From a virus, in the IMG/VR virus record IMGVR_UViG_3300047566_000267, positions 4,126 to 68,125 of that record: a stretch of DNA of 64,000 bases, one strand, 5' to 3'. Made by a program: the position numbers and the translations under genes. How positions within the stretch are numbered: position 1 is the stretch's first letter; the number at the start of each line of letters is the position of its first letter. Positions 7,984 to 17,096 of this stretch are shown here, one piece after another. Below the pieces are notes generated by a model. It did no database searches and was not told the DNA's origin. It saw only the letters and a list, made by a program, of their open reading frames with translations.

Positions 7984-8403
7984 ATGGAAGGCAAAAAATT
8001 AAAAAAACCAGAATCAGTTAAGGAACAGTTTAACCAGGGACCTACTGGACAGGAGCAGCAGAAACAACCTATGACAAAAGAGGAGACTATACAGTACTAT
8101 AATGAGAATCTCCCTTTTATGAAGTTGCAGAATGAGTATGAGCAGTTAGCTTTTGCTTTTCAGGAACGTAAGGTAGCTGCACTGGAGCTGCAGGTAAGGG
8201 AGTTGGAAGCTATCAGTTATTTGAGTGAGTGGAAAGCCGGCCAGGATGCTGCTAATGAAAGAAAAAAGCAAGAAGAAAAAATGAAAGCTGAGTGGGATGC
8301 TATGACACCTGAGCAACAGGATGAATTTAGGAAGCAGGCCCAGGCTAACCTGGAAGAAATGGAGAAGATGGCTTCACAGGAGTATAAACAAAACAAAGAT
8401 TAA
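7984..8403 (+). CDS. hypothetical coiled-coil protein
   Basis: First ORF of the rightward arm; E/Q/K-rich. Confidence 0.75.
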   Translation: MEGKKLKKPESVKEQFNQGPTGQEQQKQPMTKEETIQYYNENLPFMKLQNEYEQLAFAFQERKVAALELQVRELEAISYLSEWKAGQDAANERKKQEEKMKAEWDAMTPEQQDEFRKQAQANLEEMEKMASQEYKQNKD

Positions 8404-8405
8404 TT

Positions 8406-8648
8406 ATGATAATGGAATTACTTGGGTATGAGTACAAGGCTATTGAGGAAAAAGGCTATACCATATATGATGAGATAGGCCGTATGCAAAATGGTGATGG
8501 TACATGGTCTAAGGTGCAAAAGCAGGAGGAAGGATTTGTAGTTACCGGCACCAGGTATGAGGAAGGAAGCACCGAGAAGAAAGAGTACAGAGAAGTTTAC
8601 AGCAATATTGAAAACTTCAAAACTGGCAGTGCAGCAAGTAAAAGTTAA
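8406..8648 (+). CDS. hypothetical protein
   Basis: Tightly packed ORF. Confidence 0.65.
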   Translation: MIMELLGYEYKAIEEKGYTIYDEIGRMQNGDGTWSKVQKQEEGFVVTGTRYEEGSTEKKEYREVYSNIENFKTGSAASKS

Positions 8649-8666
8649 CAAACACAGGAACCAACA

Positions 8667-9062
8667 ATGGCTGAAGTAGAAGTAGTAAAATGGAATAAAG
8701 TCATGACTATGACAAAACCTGACATTATTAGGTTTCAGCTCATAGTGCATTGTCATTTCCAGAAATTACATATAAGCTCTGCTGATCTTGATTGCCTCAC
8801 TTTATTGGGACAGAAGGGGTCAGCAGATCTTACAGCCTTCTGTGAATTGCTTACAGAAGAGGATGTTTTTAAGAGTGTGCAGAGTAGCAGGAATGCTATT
8901 ACAAGACTGCAAGATAAAAGACTTGTACTGAAAGAAGGGAGGAATAAAAAGAAGATTCTGCTTCACCCGGATATTAAAGTGCAGAGAGCAGGGAATATAC
9001 TTGTTGACATTAAATGTTTTAGTCCTCAGAAAGAACTAAGCAAACAATTAGTAACAGCCTGA
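8667..9062 (+). CDS. winged-HTH-like protein
   Basis: S-x-RNAITRLQDKRLV recognition-helix/wing pattern; precedes the HU/IHF-like gene as in crAss-like phages. Confidence 0.55.
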   Translation: MAEVEVVKWNKVMTMTKPDIIRFQLIVHCHFQKLHISSADLDCLTLLGQKGSADLTAFCELLTEEDVFKSVQSSRNAITRLQDKRLVLKEGRNKKKILLHPDIKVQRAGNILVDIKCFSPQKELSKQLVTA

Positions 9063-9063
9063 T

Positions 9064-9456
9064 ATGATACCAGCAAAGGCAAAAGATCTTATACCTGAGG
9101 TAGCCCAGCAGATAGGCATACCTGAAGAACATCTTCAGAGTATGGTGTCTTTTTACTTTAAAGAGGTAAAGCAGGTACTGGTAAATCTGGATCACCTGCA
9201 TGTAAGAATTAAAGGCTTTGGTACAATGAACATGAGGGGGTGGGATTTAGAAGATAATATTAAAAATGCAGATAGGCAACTTACTGTATTTACTAGCCCT
9301 ATAGCAAGGGGAAATATTACGGCTCACAAAGAGGTTATGGAGAGAGCTAAAGTAAAATGGGATGATGAGATGAGGAGAAAGAAAGAGGCAGGTATTCTTA
9401 AAAAACAATTTTACGACAATAAAACAAAGGAGCAACAAAATGACACTCAAGGATAA
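9064..9456 (+). CDS. HU/IHF-like DNA-binding protein
   Basis: LIPEVAQQIGI...VRIKGFGTM HU signature. Confidence 0.75.
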   Translation: MIPAKAKDLIPEVAQQIGIPEEHLQSMVSFYFKEVKQVLVNLDHLHVRIKGFGTMNMRGWDLEDNIKNADRQLTVFTSPIARGNITAHKEVMERAKVKWDDEMRRKKEAGILKKQFYDNKTKEQQNDTQG

Positions 9457-9817
9457 AATAAAAGCAGCTTGGGAGAACCGGGGAACTATTGCAGAGGGCT
9501 TTTATAATGCTTATGTATCTGCAGGTAAAGAAGTAAAAGAGGAGGCTATAAAAAGATTGGAGATATGCCGGTCTAACCAGTGTGGATTACATAATCCAAA
9601 GGGGGTTAACAATGATGATTTTAAAGCAGTGTTTCCAGGTAAGGAAAGTTGTGGGGGTTGTGGCTGTGATCTGTATGCTAAGTGTCATGCTATGAGTGCA
9701 CATTGTTACCTTAAAGACATTGGTAAACCAGCCCTTTGGGAGGCTGTAATGACACAGGAACAAGAGATAGAAATAAACAAGGTAGCTTACCAAAAACAAT
9801 TTGAGAACAGAAAATAA
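9440..9817 (+). CDS. Cys-rich Zn-binding protein (crAss-like)
   Basis: RLEICxxxxC...CGGCGC...C...W pattern. Confidence 0.65.
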   Translation: MTLKDKIKAAWENRGTIAEGFYNAYVSAGKEVKEEAIKRLEICRSNQCGLHNPKGVNNDDFKAVFPGKESCGGCGCDLYAKCHAMSAHCYLKDIGKPALWEAVMTQEQEIEINKVAYQKQFENRK

Positions 9818-9823
9818 ACAGTT

Positions 9824-10222
9824 ATGAATAACATAGTAATACCAATGAATTTTGACACTGAGAAGAAGAAGCCTACTTATGATGAGATGGCAAAAATTGA
9901 GTGTCCTTATGTGGCCTTGGGCAACCGGGTAATAGTTGTGCATATAGACAAAGAAGATAGTAAGAAGAAAAAGTCAGGGCTGTTTATTCCAGAACATGTA
10001 CAGAAGAGTATGGATGCTGCTGAGAACTTTATTGTGCCAGGTATAGTAATGGCTATTGGTAAAGACTCCGGTGCTTCTTCCTCCGACTTTGACATCTCAC
10101 CTGATTTAGAAGTAAATGACATTGTGTATACTTATCCGGGAGGGTTTGAAGCAAAACAAACAGTAGGTGAAGTAACGTATCTTATTTTTGCAAAGAGGGA
10201 TATCCTCATGAAATTAAAATAA
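9824..10222 (+). CDS. groES: co-chaperonin GroES-like protein
   Basis: LGNRVIV...KSGLFIP...GIVMAIG...VNDIV...RDIL. Confidence 0.8.
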   Translation: MNNIVIPMNFDTEKKKPTYDEMAKIECPYVALGNRVIVVHIDKEDSKKKKSGLFIPEHVQKSMDAAENFIVPGIVMAIGKDSGASSSDFDISPDLEVNDIVYTYPGGFEAKQTVGEVTYLIFAKRDILMKLK

Positions 10223-10434
10223 TGGAAGACAAACTATATTGGTGGATATCTTATACATACCTAGAGAAAAAAGGTACTGAACCAGATGCTATCCGGCATT
10301 GGGGGGAAACAGTAGTAGATATCCATCCTTTTACAGCTTCCAAAATGATGGATAAACAACTTGTAAATTACAAGATAATATCTGAAAGAGAATATAAGCT
10401 TTTTAACCAATTAAATAAGCATAAAAATGAATGA
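10222..10434 (+). CDS. hypothetical protein
   Basis: Translationally coupled ORF. Confidence 0.6.
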   Translation: MEDKLYWWISYTYLEKKGTEPDAIRHWGETVVDIHPFTASKMMDKQLVNYKIISEREYKLFNQLNKHKNE

Positions 10435-10615
10435 ACAGGAACTAAAACTAAAATGCCTTGAGCTTGCTACCTTAGCAAACAAAACAATAACTATTGGAGC
10501 AGACAGTGTTACAGGAATGCAACTTAAAGGAACACTTGCTCTTGCACAAGAATACTACCAGTGGGTAACAAGTAAAGAACCAGTAGCACCAGTAGAACCA
10601 GTAAGCAATGATTAA
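10427..10615 (+). CDS. hypothetical protein
   Basis: Overlapping, coupled ORF. Confidence 0.6.
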   Translation: MNEQELKLKCLELATLANKTITIGADSVTGMQLKGTLALAQEYYQWVTSKEPVAPVEPVSND

Positions 10616-11429
10616 GTTCATAGAACAAGGCCACATTTACACATCAGTCACACCTGACAACATTAAGTGGTTGGGTGTGACTACTCTTGTAGGGCACCTG
10701 CATGAAAAGTTTAATGCACAGGAACAAGCTGTAAAATCTTCCTTGAAAAAACCTACAGCAAAGTACCCTAACAAATGGTATGGAGTACCTGAGAAAGAGA
10801 TACTGGAAGCCTGGAAAGCAGAGGGTAAAAGATCTGTAGAGCTAGGTAGCTGGTACCACAAACAAAGAGAGGATAACTTGTATAATAACTCTCATGGCAA
10901 TGTGGTAAAACCAGATGTAAGAGATGGTATTAAGTATGCAGGTGATCAGGTACTTTATGAAGGTATATACCCAGAACATTTGGTATTTCTTAGATCAGAT
11001 GGTATATGTGGTCAGGCAGACTATGTAGAAGTTACCAGTGATGCCAAGATAAACATCCGGGACTATAAGACTTCCAAAGAGATAAAAAAGGAAGGGTTTA
11101 AAAACTGGGAAGGCATTGTAAAAAAGATGCTTAAGCCAGTAGCTCATCTTGATGATTGTCATTTTTATCACTATGCTATTCAGCTATCTGTGTACATGTA
11201 CATAATCAACCGGCATAATCCTAACCTTACTCCTGGTACACTAACTATTGAACACATAAAGTTTGAGGTAGAATCAGAAGATAAATGGGGGTATCCTATT
11301 TACAAAAAGGATGAAAATGGTGATTTTATAGTGAAAGAAATAGAAGAGATTGCATTGCCTTATCTGAAGAAAGAAGTCTACACTATTTTAACCTGGCTTA
11401 AAGATAACAAACAGAATTTTGTAAAATGA
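10608..11429 (+). CDS. PD-(D/E)XK (Cas4/RecB-like) nuclease
   Basis: GSWYH, E, GQAD...IRDYKT, YAIQLSVY motifs. Confidence 0.85.
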   Translation: MIKFIEQGHIYTSVTPDNIKWLGVTTLVGHLHEKFNAQEQAVKSSLKKPTAKYPNKWYGVPEKEILEAWKAEGKRSVELGSWYHKQREDNLYNNSHGNVVKPDVRDGIKYAGDQVLYEGIYPEHLVFLRSDGICGQADYVEVTSDAKINIRDYKTSKEIKKEGFKNWEGIVKKMLKPVAHLDDCHFYHYAIQLSVYMYIINRHNPNLTPGTLTIEHIKFEVESEDKWGYPIYKKDENGDFIVKEIEEIALPYLKKEVYTILTWLKDNKQNFVK

Positions 11430-12523
11430 AAGTACAATTTGTAGTACAGGCCCATAGTGGTATCAGTTACCATCGTCTTATAAATCCTATGGAGTTTATG
11501 ACTTGGGATGAAGGTGATTATGCAGAGATGATGTGGCAGGCAAATGATGAGCACCTTGTGGATTGTGATATTTTGTATTACAATAAGTTTATGGCAACAG
11601 ATGTATCTGTACTTAAGGAAATGAAGAAGATTAATAAGAACATGAAAATTGTAGTAGATGTGGATGATAGCTGGGACATGCCGGTAAACCATCCTGTTTA
11701 CGAAATATGGAAAGCCAATAACATTTCTCAGAAGGTAATAGACAACATCAAGTTTGCTGATTTGGTTATCTGTACCACATTAAAGCTCCAGGATAAAATA
11801 AGGGAGTACAATAAGAATACAGTAGTAATACCTAATGCTTTTCCTTTTGGGCATGATGTATACCGGCCATTACCGGCAGGTAAGCCTGATGATGGTAAGA
11901 CTCGGTTTATTTATGTAGCAGGCTCTACTCATGCACCTGATGTAGATTTATTGGAAGGTAAGTTCAAAAGACTGGGTGGAGATCCTTTTATAAAGAGCAA
12001 AGGAGAATTTATATTAGCTGGATATGAGAAGTCAGAGACTATGAGATACCACTCAAGGGCTGATATGGAAAAAATGAATAACAATTATACCATGAAGCAG
12101 GTGTATGGCCCATGGGATAGGATGAAGTATGTGTTCTCCCAGACTAATGCCTACAAAATATTTCCATCTACTAATCTGGATGAGTACATAAACTTTTATG
12201 ACCAGGCAGATGTAGCTCTTGTTCCTTTGTGTAAAAATGACTGGAATAGTTATAAAAGTGAGCTTAAGATTGTTGAAGCTGGGTGTAAACAAGTGCCTGT
12301 AATATGCTCTAATGTAGAGCCCTATAGTTTGTTGAAAGGTAGGCCCGGTATTATGTGGGTAGATACTCCCGATGACTGGGTAAAACATATCCGGTATTGT
12401 ATTAAGAATCCGGAGTTTGTAAAAGATCAGGGAGCAGCTTTGGCCGAGTGGGTAAAGGAAAGCTATGACCTTTTGAAATGGAATGAATTAAGAAAACAAG
12501 TACTAAAAAGCCTGGTAAAATGA
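11426..12523 (+). CDS. GT-B (family 4-like) glycosyltransferase
   Basis: VDVDD, VIPNA, DVALVPL...N..KSELKIVEAG...PVICSNVEPY. Confidence 0.85.
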   Translation: MKVQFVVQAHSGISYHRLINPMEFMTWDEGDYAEMMWQANDEHLVDCDILYYNKFMATDVSVLKEMKKINKNMKIVVDVDDSWDMPVNHPVYEIWKANNISQKVIDNIKFADLVICTTLKLQDKIREYNKNTVVIPNAFPFGHDVYRPLPAGKPDDGKTRFIYVAGSTHAPDVDLLEGKFKRLGGDPFIKSKGEFILAGYEKSETMRYHSRADMEKMNNNYTMKQVYGPWDRMKYVFSQTNAYKIFPSTNLDEYINFYDQADVALVPLCKNDWNSYKSELKIVEAGCKQVPVICSNVEPYSLLKGRPGIMWVDTPDDWVKHIRYCIKNPEFVKDQGAALAEWVKESYDLLKWNELRKQVLKSLVK

Positions 12524-12699
12524 TAGAAGAAGTGCTGCAGAGTTTTACTCCATATATTCTTAAAGGAAAAAAGTTATATGATGAGGAGGATGTAAAGAAG
12601 ATGGCCACTAAAATAATTCAAAAATGTATATCTAAAAATGATAATTTTGATGTAGACTCCGGACAAACTGTTGTTCAATACCCGGAGGCTGGCTGTTAA
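12520..12699 (+). CDS. small hypothetical protein (59 aa, below the ORF-track cut-off)
   Basis: ATGA overlap with the GT stop; MIEEVLQSFTPYILKGKKLYDEEDVKKM...EAGC. Confidence 0.5.
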   Translation: MIEEVLQSFTPYILKGKKLYDEEDVKKMATKIIQKCISKNDNFDVDSGQTVVQYPEAGC

Positions 12700-12700
12700 A

Positions 12701-12928
12701 ATGAAAGAACGGATAGCATTCTGGTTATTAAAGTCTGCAACAAAATCACATTTAAGAGTTGCAAAGCACTTATACTGGTTAAAGGGTACTGTGGATGAGA
12801 GTTGGGGAGACCCGGAAAAAGTGAAACATGAAAAAAAGATTCTGCATCAGAAAGCAGTGCAACGTGAAAATGCTGCCCGATGTCTGCAGAGAATAATAAA
12901 TATCTACAATGCTAGTAAATCTGTTTGA
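12701..12928 (+). CDS. hypothetical basic protein
   Basis: ATG at 12701, immediately after the preceding stop. Confidence 0.5.
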   Translation: MKERIAFWLLKSATKSHLRVAKHLYWLKGTVDESWGDPEKVKHEKKILHQKAVQRENAARCLQRIINIYNASKSV

Positions 12929-13457
12929 AGTAGAAGACCAAAGACTTGTTCCGGGTTATGCATGCTATGGTATACCATGGCTCAAGAGAATAATAGATCT
13001 GTACCCGGATAACTATATACAAATATACAAGTACATCTTTTACACTACTTGCCCAGATGGGACAATCAACCCTTATGTCAATTTACCTGAGGATGAGAGA
13101 GAAGCTGTTGTCATGTCAGACCTGGCACCTATTAAATTTTCTCTTGATGATGATGTTATAGTAAATACTGTAGACAGATGCAAAAAGCTGTATGAAACAC
13201 CTGTATTAAGAACTTTTCTTGGTGCCAAGAAAATGCTGGACAAAGTAGGCCGGTTCCTAGACTCTGAAGAAATAACTACAGGTAAAGATGGTAATGCTAG
13301 TGAGATAAGAGCTATGCTTAAGGAGCTTTCTACTTACTGGGAAAACTATAACAAGCTGGAGAATGTTCTTAAAGAAGAGCATGCTAAAGTAAAAGGAGAT
13401 AGGATTATTCCTTTTCATCAGCAAGCCGGGTACAAAGAAACAAAAACTTATGACTAA
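12909..13457 (+). CDS. conserved crAss-like protein upstream of TerL (possible small terminase)
   Basis: YIFY...NPY...ERE...YETP pattern and position. Confidence 0.6.
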   Translation: MLVNLFEVEDQRLVPGYACYGIPWLKRIIDLYPDNYIQIYKYIFYTTCPDGTINPYVNLPEDEREAVVMSDLAPIKFSLDDDVIVNTVDRCKKLYETPVLRTFLGAKKMLDKVGRFLDSEEITTGKDGNASEIRAMLKELSTYWENYNKLENVLKEEHAKVKGDRIIPFHQQAGYKETKTYD

Positions 13458-14025
13458 CAAACCAATAGTAACCTTTGTGGTTATCTCTTACAAAGAAGAG
13501 TGGGACCCCTATATGTTTATAGGGATGTTAAAGTGCTTGAAAAATCCTAGGTGGAAAGCAATTATTTGGCATGATGGTCCTAATGAGCAGTTGGAAAAAA
13601 TAGTGAACCAGTTTGCTGATGAAAGAATAACCTACATACAGAATGAGGAAAACCAGGGCTCATGGGGTGCCCATAACCGAGCTAAGGCTTTGGAAATGGT
13701 AGACACTGATTTTGTTATACAGACTACCATACAGGAGTATTACCTGCCTACTATTATAGATGAGATAGAGGCTAATAGCTTGAATGATCTTATTTACTGG
13801 CCATGTATTCATCACTCTTTTAATTACGGAGTAGTAAATGCAGAGCCGGTAAGAGGACAAATGGATTGGAGCAACTTTGCTTTAAAAACTCATATTGCAA
13901 GAAAGGTAGGAATTAACTATCCTACTTCATACATAGCAGACGGGTTGTTTATAGAAGATGTAATGAAATCTGGATTGGTCAAAAAGAAAGTAAAGTTGAA
14001 CAAAATACTAAACATAAAGAACTGA
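13450..14025 (+). CDS. GT-A (family 2-like) glycosyltransferase
   Basis: VTFVVISY...IWHDGP...ENQGSWGAHNRAKAL. Confidence 0.75.
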   Translation: MTNKPIVTFVVISYKEEWDPYMFIGMLKCLKNPRWKAIIWHDGPNEQLEKIVNQFADERITYIQNEENQGSWGAHNRAKALEMVDTDFVIQTTIQEYYLPTIIDEIEANSLNDLIYWPCIHHSFNYGVVNAEPVRGQMDWSNFALKTHIARKVGINYPTSYIADGLFIEDVMKSGLVKKKVKLNKILNIKN

Positions 14026-14771
14026 TGCCTGCACAAAAAAACAAGATTGCTATTTGTCTTATAGTAAAAAATGAACCTCAAATGATCCCGGAATATGTAG
14101 ACTACTACTTAAAACTGGGAGCAGACACTATCATCATATACGACAATGACTCTGATACACCTGTGGTATCTGATAACTCAAATGTAATAGTAAACAAATG
14201 GGCAACTGTTTGGCCGGCAAATCAAATGAGGGCTTATCATGATTGTGCTCTCAGGTACAGTCAAGAATATAAGTGGATTGGTTTTTTTGATTCAGATGAA
14301 TATGTGATATTGAAGAAACACAATAACCTGGTAGAGTTTTTAAATGACTATGACAGGTTCTGTGGTGTAGGTATTAACTGGGTATGCTTTGGTTCTTCAG
14401 GTATAGAGAAGCATGTGTCTCATAAAGACTATAATAGGCATTGCCGGTTTGATGATCCTATAAATACCCACATAAAATCTTTTATTAAACCAGAATACAT
14501 GTACCGGTTACCAGGTGATCCTCATTTCTTGGTCCCCAATACTGCAGATACAGATGGCAATATTTTGAGAGGACCATTTAGCCCTTTTAAAAATGATGTA
14601 GCTTATTTGAAGCATTGTATAATGAGAACACAGGAAGACTACTTGAAAAAAGTAAATAGAGGAAGAGCAGATGTACCTGAGAAAGAAAGAAACTTTAGAT
14701 CCTTGGAGAAATGGGAAGAGCACTCTAAAGTATTCAATGAGTGTAGTGATGAAACAAAAATCTGGTCATGA
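14025..14771 (+). CDS. glycosyltransferase (GT92/Glyco_tranf_2_4-like)
   Basis: ICLIVKNE...YDNDSD...WIGFFDSDEY...INWVCFGSSG...HIKSF. Confidence 0.8.
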   Translation: MPAQKNKIAICLIVKNEPQMIPEYVDYYLKLGADTIIIYDNDSDTPVVSDNSNVIVNKWATVWPANQMRAYHDCALRYSQEYKWIGFFDSDEYVILKKHNNLVEFLNDYDRFCGVGINWVCFGSSGIEKHVSHKDYNRHCRFDDPINTHIKSFIKPEYMYRLPGDPHFLVPNTADTDGNILRGPFSPFKNDVAYLKHCIMRTQEDYLKKVNRGRADVPEKERNFRSLEKWEEHSKVFNECSDETKIWS

Positions 14772-17083
14772 GTATTTCGTATAAAAACATACCTACAAGA
14801 GAAGCAGATGGCACTTGGACTTATACACAATTTGAGTCCAAGGAAAAATTTAAAGACTTTGTTAAACAACTGTTTAAAAAGCCGGGTAAGTATTCTTTTG
14901 ATGAAACAAGTTATGAGTTTAATAGGCAGGCAAAAACTTTCTTGGCCAAAGGTATGTTCTGCGAGGCTCCAAGAATGTCCAGGGACTACATAGAGTATTG
15001 GGATACTGAAAGGGAGAAGTGTAGGAAAGGGGTTATTATAAAAGGTAAGAAAGGACAGATATGGTATCTACCTAGATTTTATTACCACTGGCTTAATTTC
15101 CTGCAGATATATAATACAGTACACACAAAATTTGAGTTCCCTGGAATAAGAGATGTACAGTATCATATGGCTTTGTATGAGATACTTGCAGAGCTACATG
15201 GAAAGAATATTGCAATAGTTAAAAAGAGGCAAATGGCCTCTTCTTATTTTCATATAGCCAAGTTATACAACAAGTATATTTTTGAGGAAGGGTATGTGTC
15301 TAAGCTTGGGGCTTCTGACAAGAAGTACATAGATGCTACCAATGGTTGTTGGAAGTTTCTTACCCAGTACCACAACTTTACAAATAAGAATACTGCTTGG
15401 GCCTGTGGTAATTTTCCTGATAAAGTATTTTCTTGGCAGCAGAAAGTGGAGACCAAAACACCAGATGGTAGAAAAGTAGAGATAGGTACTATGGCTACTA
15501 TTACCGGTATATCTTTTGACAAAGACCCTGTATCTGGTGTAGGGGGTGCCTGTAATGAAATGTTTTATGAGGAAGGAGGTGTGGCACCCACGGCTGATAT
15601 AACCTATGGGTACATGAAGGCAGCTATGATGCAAGGTACAACAGTTACCGGTATATTTACTATTGCTGGTTCTGTAGGTGATCTTTCTCAGTGTGAACCA
15701 CTTCGGGAGTTTGTAATGAATCCTGAGGCAAATGATTTTTATGCTGTTGATACTGACTTGATAGACGAGAATGGTACTCCCGGCCGGACAGCCTTGTTTA
15801 TACCTGAGCAGTGGAGTCTTACCGGTGAGGGGGAATTAAATTTTACTGATCAGTTTGGTAACTCTGATGTAGAAGGGGCTCTTAAGTATCTTGATGAGGA
15901 ATTTGAAAGACTCCGGACAAAGCTTTCACCTGAGAAGTATCAACTGCAAATATCACAAAAGCCCAGGAACTTAAAAGAAGCATTTGCTATAAGGAGTGTT
16001 TCTATTTTCCCGGTACAGCATACTGCCAGTCAGGTTAGGCGTATTGAAGATAATGAGTATGCCATAGAGCATGTAGATCTTATTAGAAATACCCGTAATG
16101 AAATAGAAGTTGTTACTTCTGACCGGCAGCCAATTAAGGAATTTCCCCTCCCTATGACTACACCTGATAAAAGAGGTGTTATCTGTATACATGAGAGACC
16201 AATTAAAGGAGCAGGTGCTGGAAGTTATCTTGCAACTATTGACCCGGTGGAAGTAGGTAAAAGTACTACATCTCCTTCTCTGGCATCCATAGTTGTCTAT
16301 AAGATGGATATAGAAGTAGTCAATGAAGAAGTATTCAGAAGAGAAGTACCAAAAGGAAAAGAGGGAGTAGAAGTAGAATGGGGACCTATCAAGTCAAAAA
16401 AGCCGGAAGTAAAAACAGATGTAAAAGTTACTTCACATATAGAGGGTGGAAAGATAGTAGCATTCTGGTGTGGCAGGTATGATGATCCTAATGAAACTAA
16501 TGAGCAGCTGTCAAGATTGGTGGAATACTACAATGCCCGAACTCTTTGTGAAAATAACAAACCCGGTTTTATAAACTACATGATTTCCAAGAAACGGCAG
16601 AAGTATCTGGTCTTTAAAGACGAGATGTTGTTTGACAAGGAACTTGGAGTAATGCAAAATGCCCACCAGAAATATGGTGTAACTATGACTCCCAGGTTAC
16701 AAAAAATTATTTTGGAGTATGCAGTCAACTCTTTATCTGAAGTACTGTATGAGGAGAAAGATCAAGATGGAAATGTTACAAAAATACATTATGGAGTAGA
16801 ACGTATTACAGATATTATGCTTCTTAAAGAAATGCAGCTGTATCAACCTAACCTAAACGTGGATAGGATTATATCATATGCTTTGCTGATGGCTTTTGTA
16901 AAAATACAGCAGGCTGCCGGCAGAATAAAGAAAGAGGTAAAGAGGACAAATGAGTTACCTATAAATCCAGAAAAAAGAGTTATATTTAAAGGGGGAGATC
17001 GTCAGCTTTTCAAGAATATTGGAAGGCAAAGTAGTGGTGCTATGGTTAAAAATCATAGAAACCCTTTTAGAAATATAAAGTAA
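14768..17083 (+). CDS. terL: terminase large subunit
   Basis: Walker A-like KKRQMASS, Walker B FYEEGG, RNase H-like IDPV and DRIIS motifs; precedes the portal. Confidence 0.92.
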   Translation: MSISYKNIPTREADGTWTYTQFESKEKFKDFVKQLFKKPGKYSFDETSYEFNRQAKTFLAKGMFCEAPRMSRDYIEYWDTEREKCRKGVIIKGKKGQIWYLPRFYYHWLNFLQIYNTVHTKFEFPGIRDVQYHMALYEILAELHGKNIAIVKKRQMASSYFHIAKLYNKYIFEEGYVSKLGASDKKYIDATNGCWKFLTQYHNFTNKNTAWACGNFPDKVFSWQQKVETKTPDGRKVEIGTMATITGISFDKDPVSGVGGACNEMFYEEGGVAPTADITYGYMKAAMMQGTTVTGIFTIAGSVGDLSQCEPLREFVMNPEANDFYAVDTDLIDENGTPGRTALFIPEQWSLTGEGELNFTDQFGNSDVEGALKYLDEEFERLRTKLSPEKYQLQISQKPRNLKEAFAIRSVSIFPVQHTASQVRRIEDNEYAIEHVDLIRNTRNEIEVVTSDRQPIKEFPLPMTTPDKRGVICIHERPIKGAGAGSYLATIDPVEVGKSTTSPSLASIVVYKMDIEVVNEEVFRREVPKGKEGVEVEWGPIKSKKPEVKTDVKVTSHIEGGKIVAFWCGRYDDPNETNEQLSRLVEYYNARTLCENNKPGFINYMISKKRQKYLVFKDEMLFDKELGVMQNAHQKYGVTMTPRLQKIILEYAVNSLSEVLYEEKDQDGNVTKIHYGVERITDIMLLKEMQLYQPNLNVDRIISYALLMAFVKIQQAAGRIKKEVKRTNELPINPEKRVIFKGGDRQLFKNIGRQSSGAMVKNHRNPFRNIK

Positions 17084-17096
17084 TAAAGATATTATT

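Noticed and set aside
10608-11429. Cas4 of a CRISPR locus
   Set aside because: No Fe-S cysteine set, no other cas genes and no array; this is the usual crAss-like PD-(D/E)XK nuclease.
14768-17083. Intein or intron in TerL
   Set aside because: No Hint motifs or frame break; only a short charged loop insertion in the nuclease domain.
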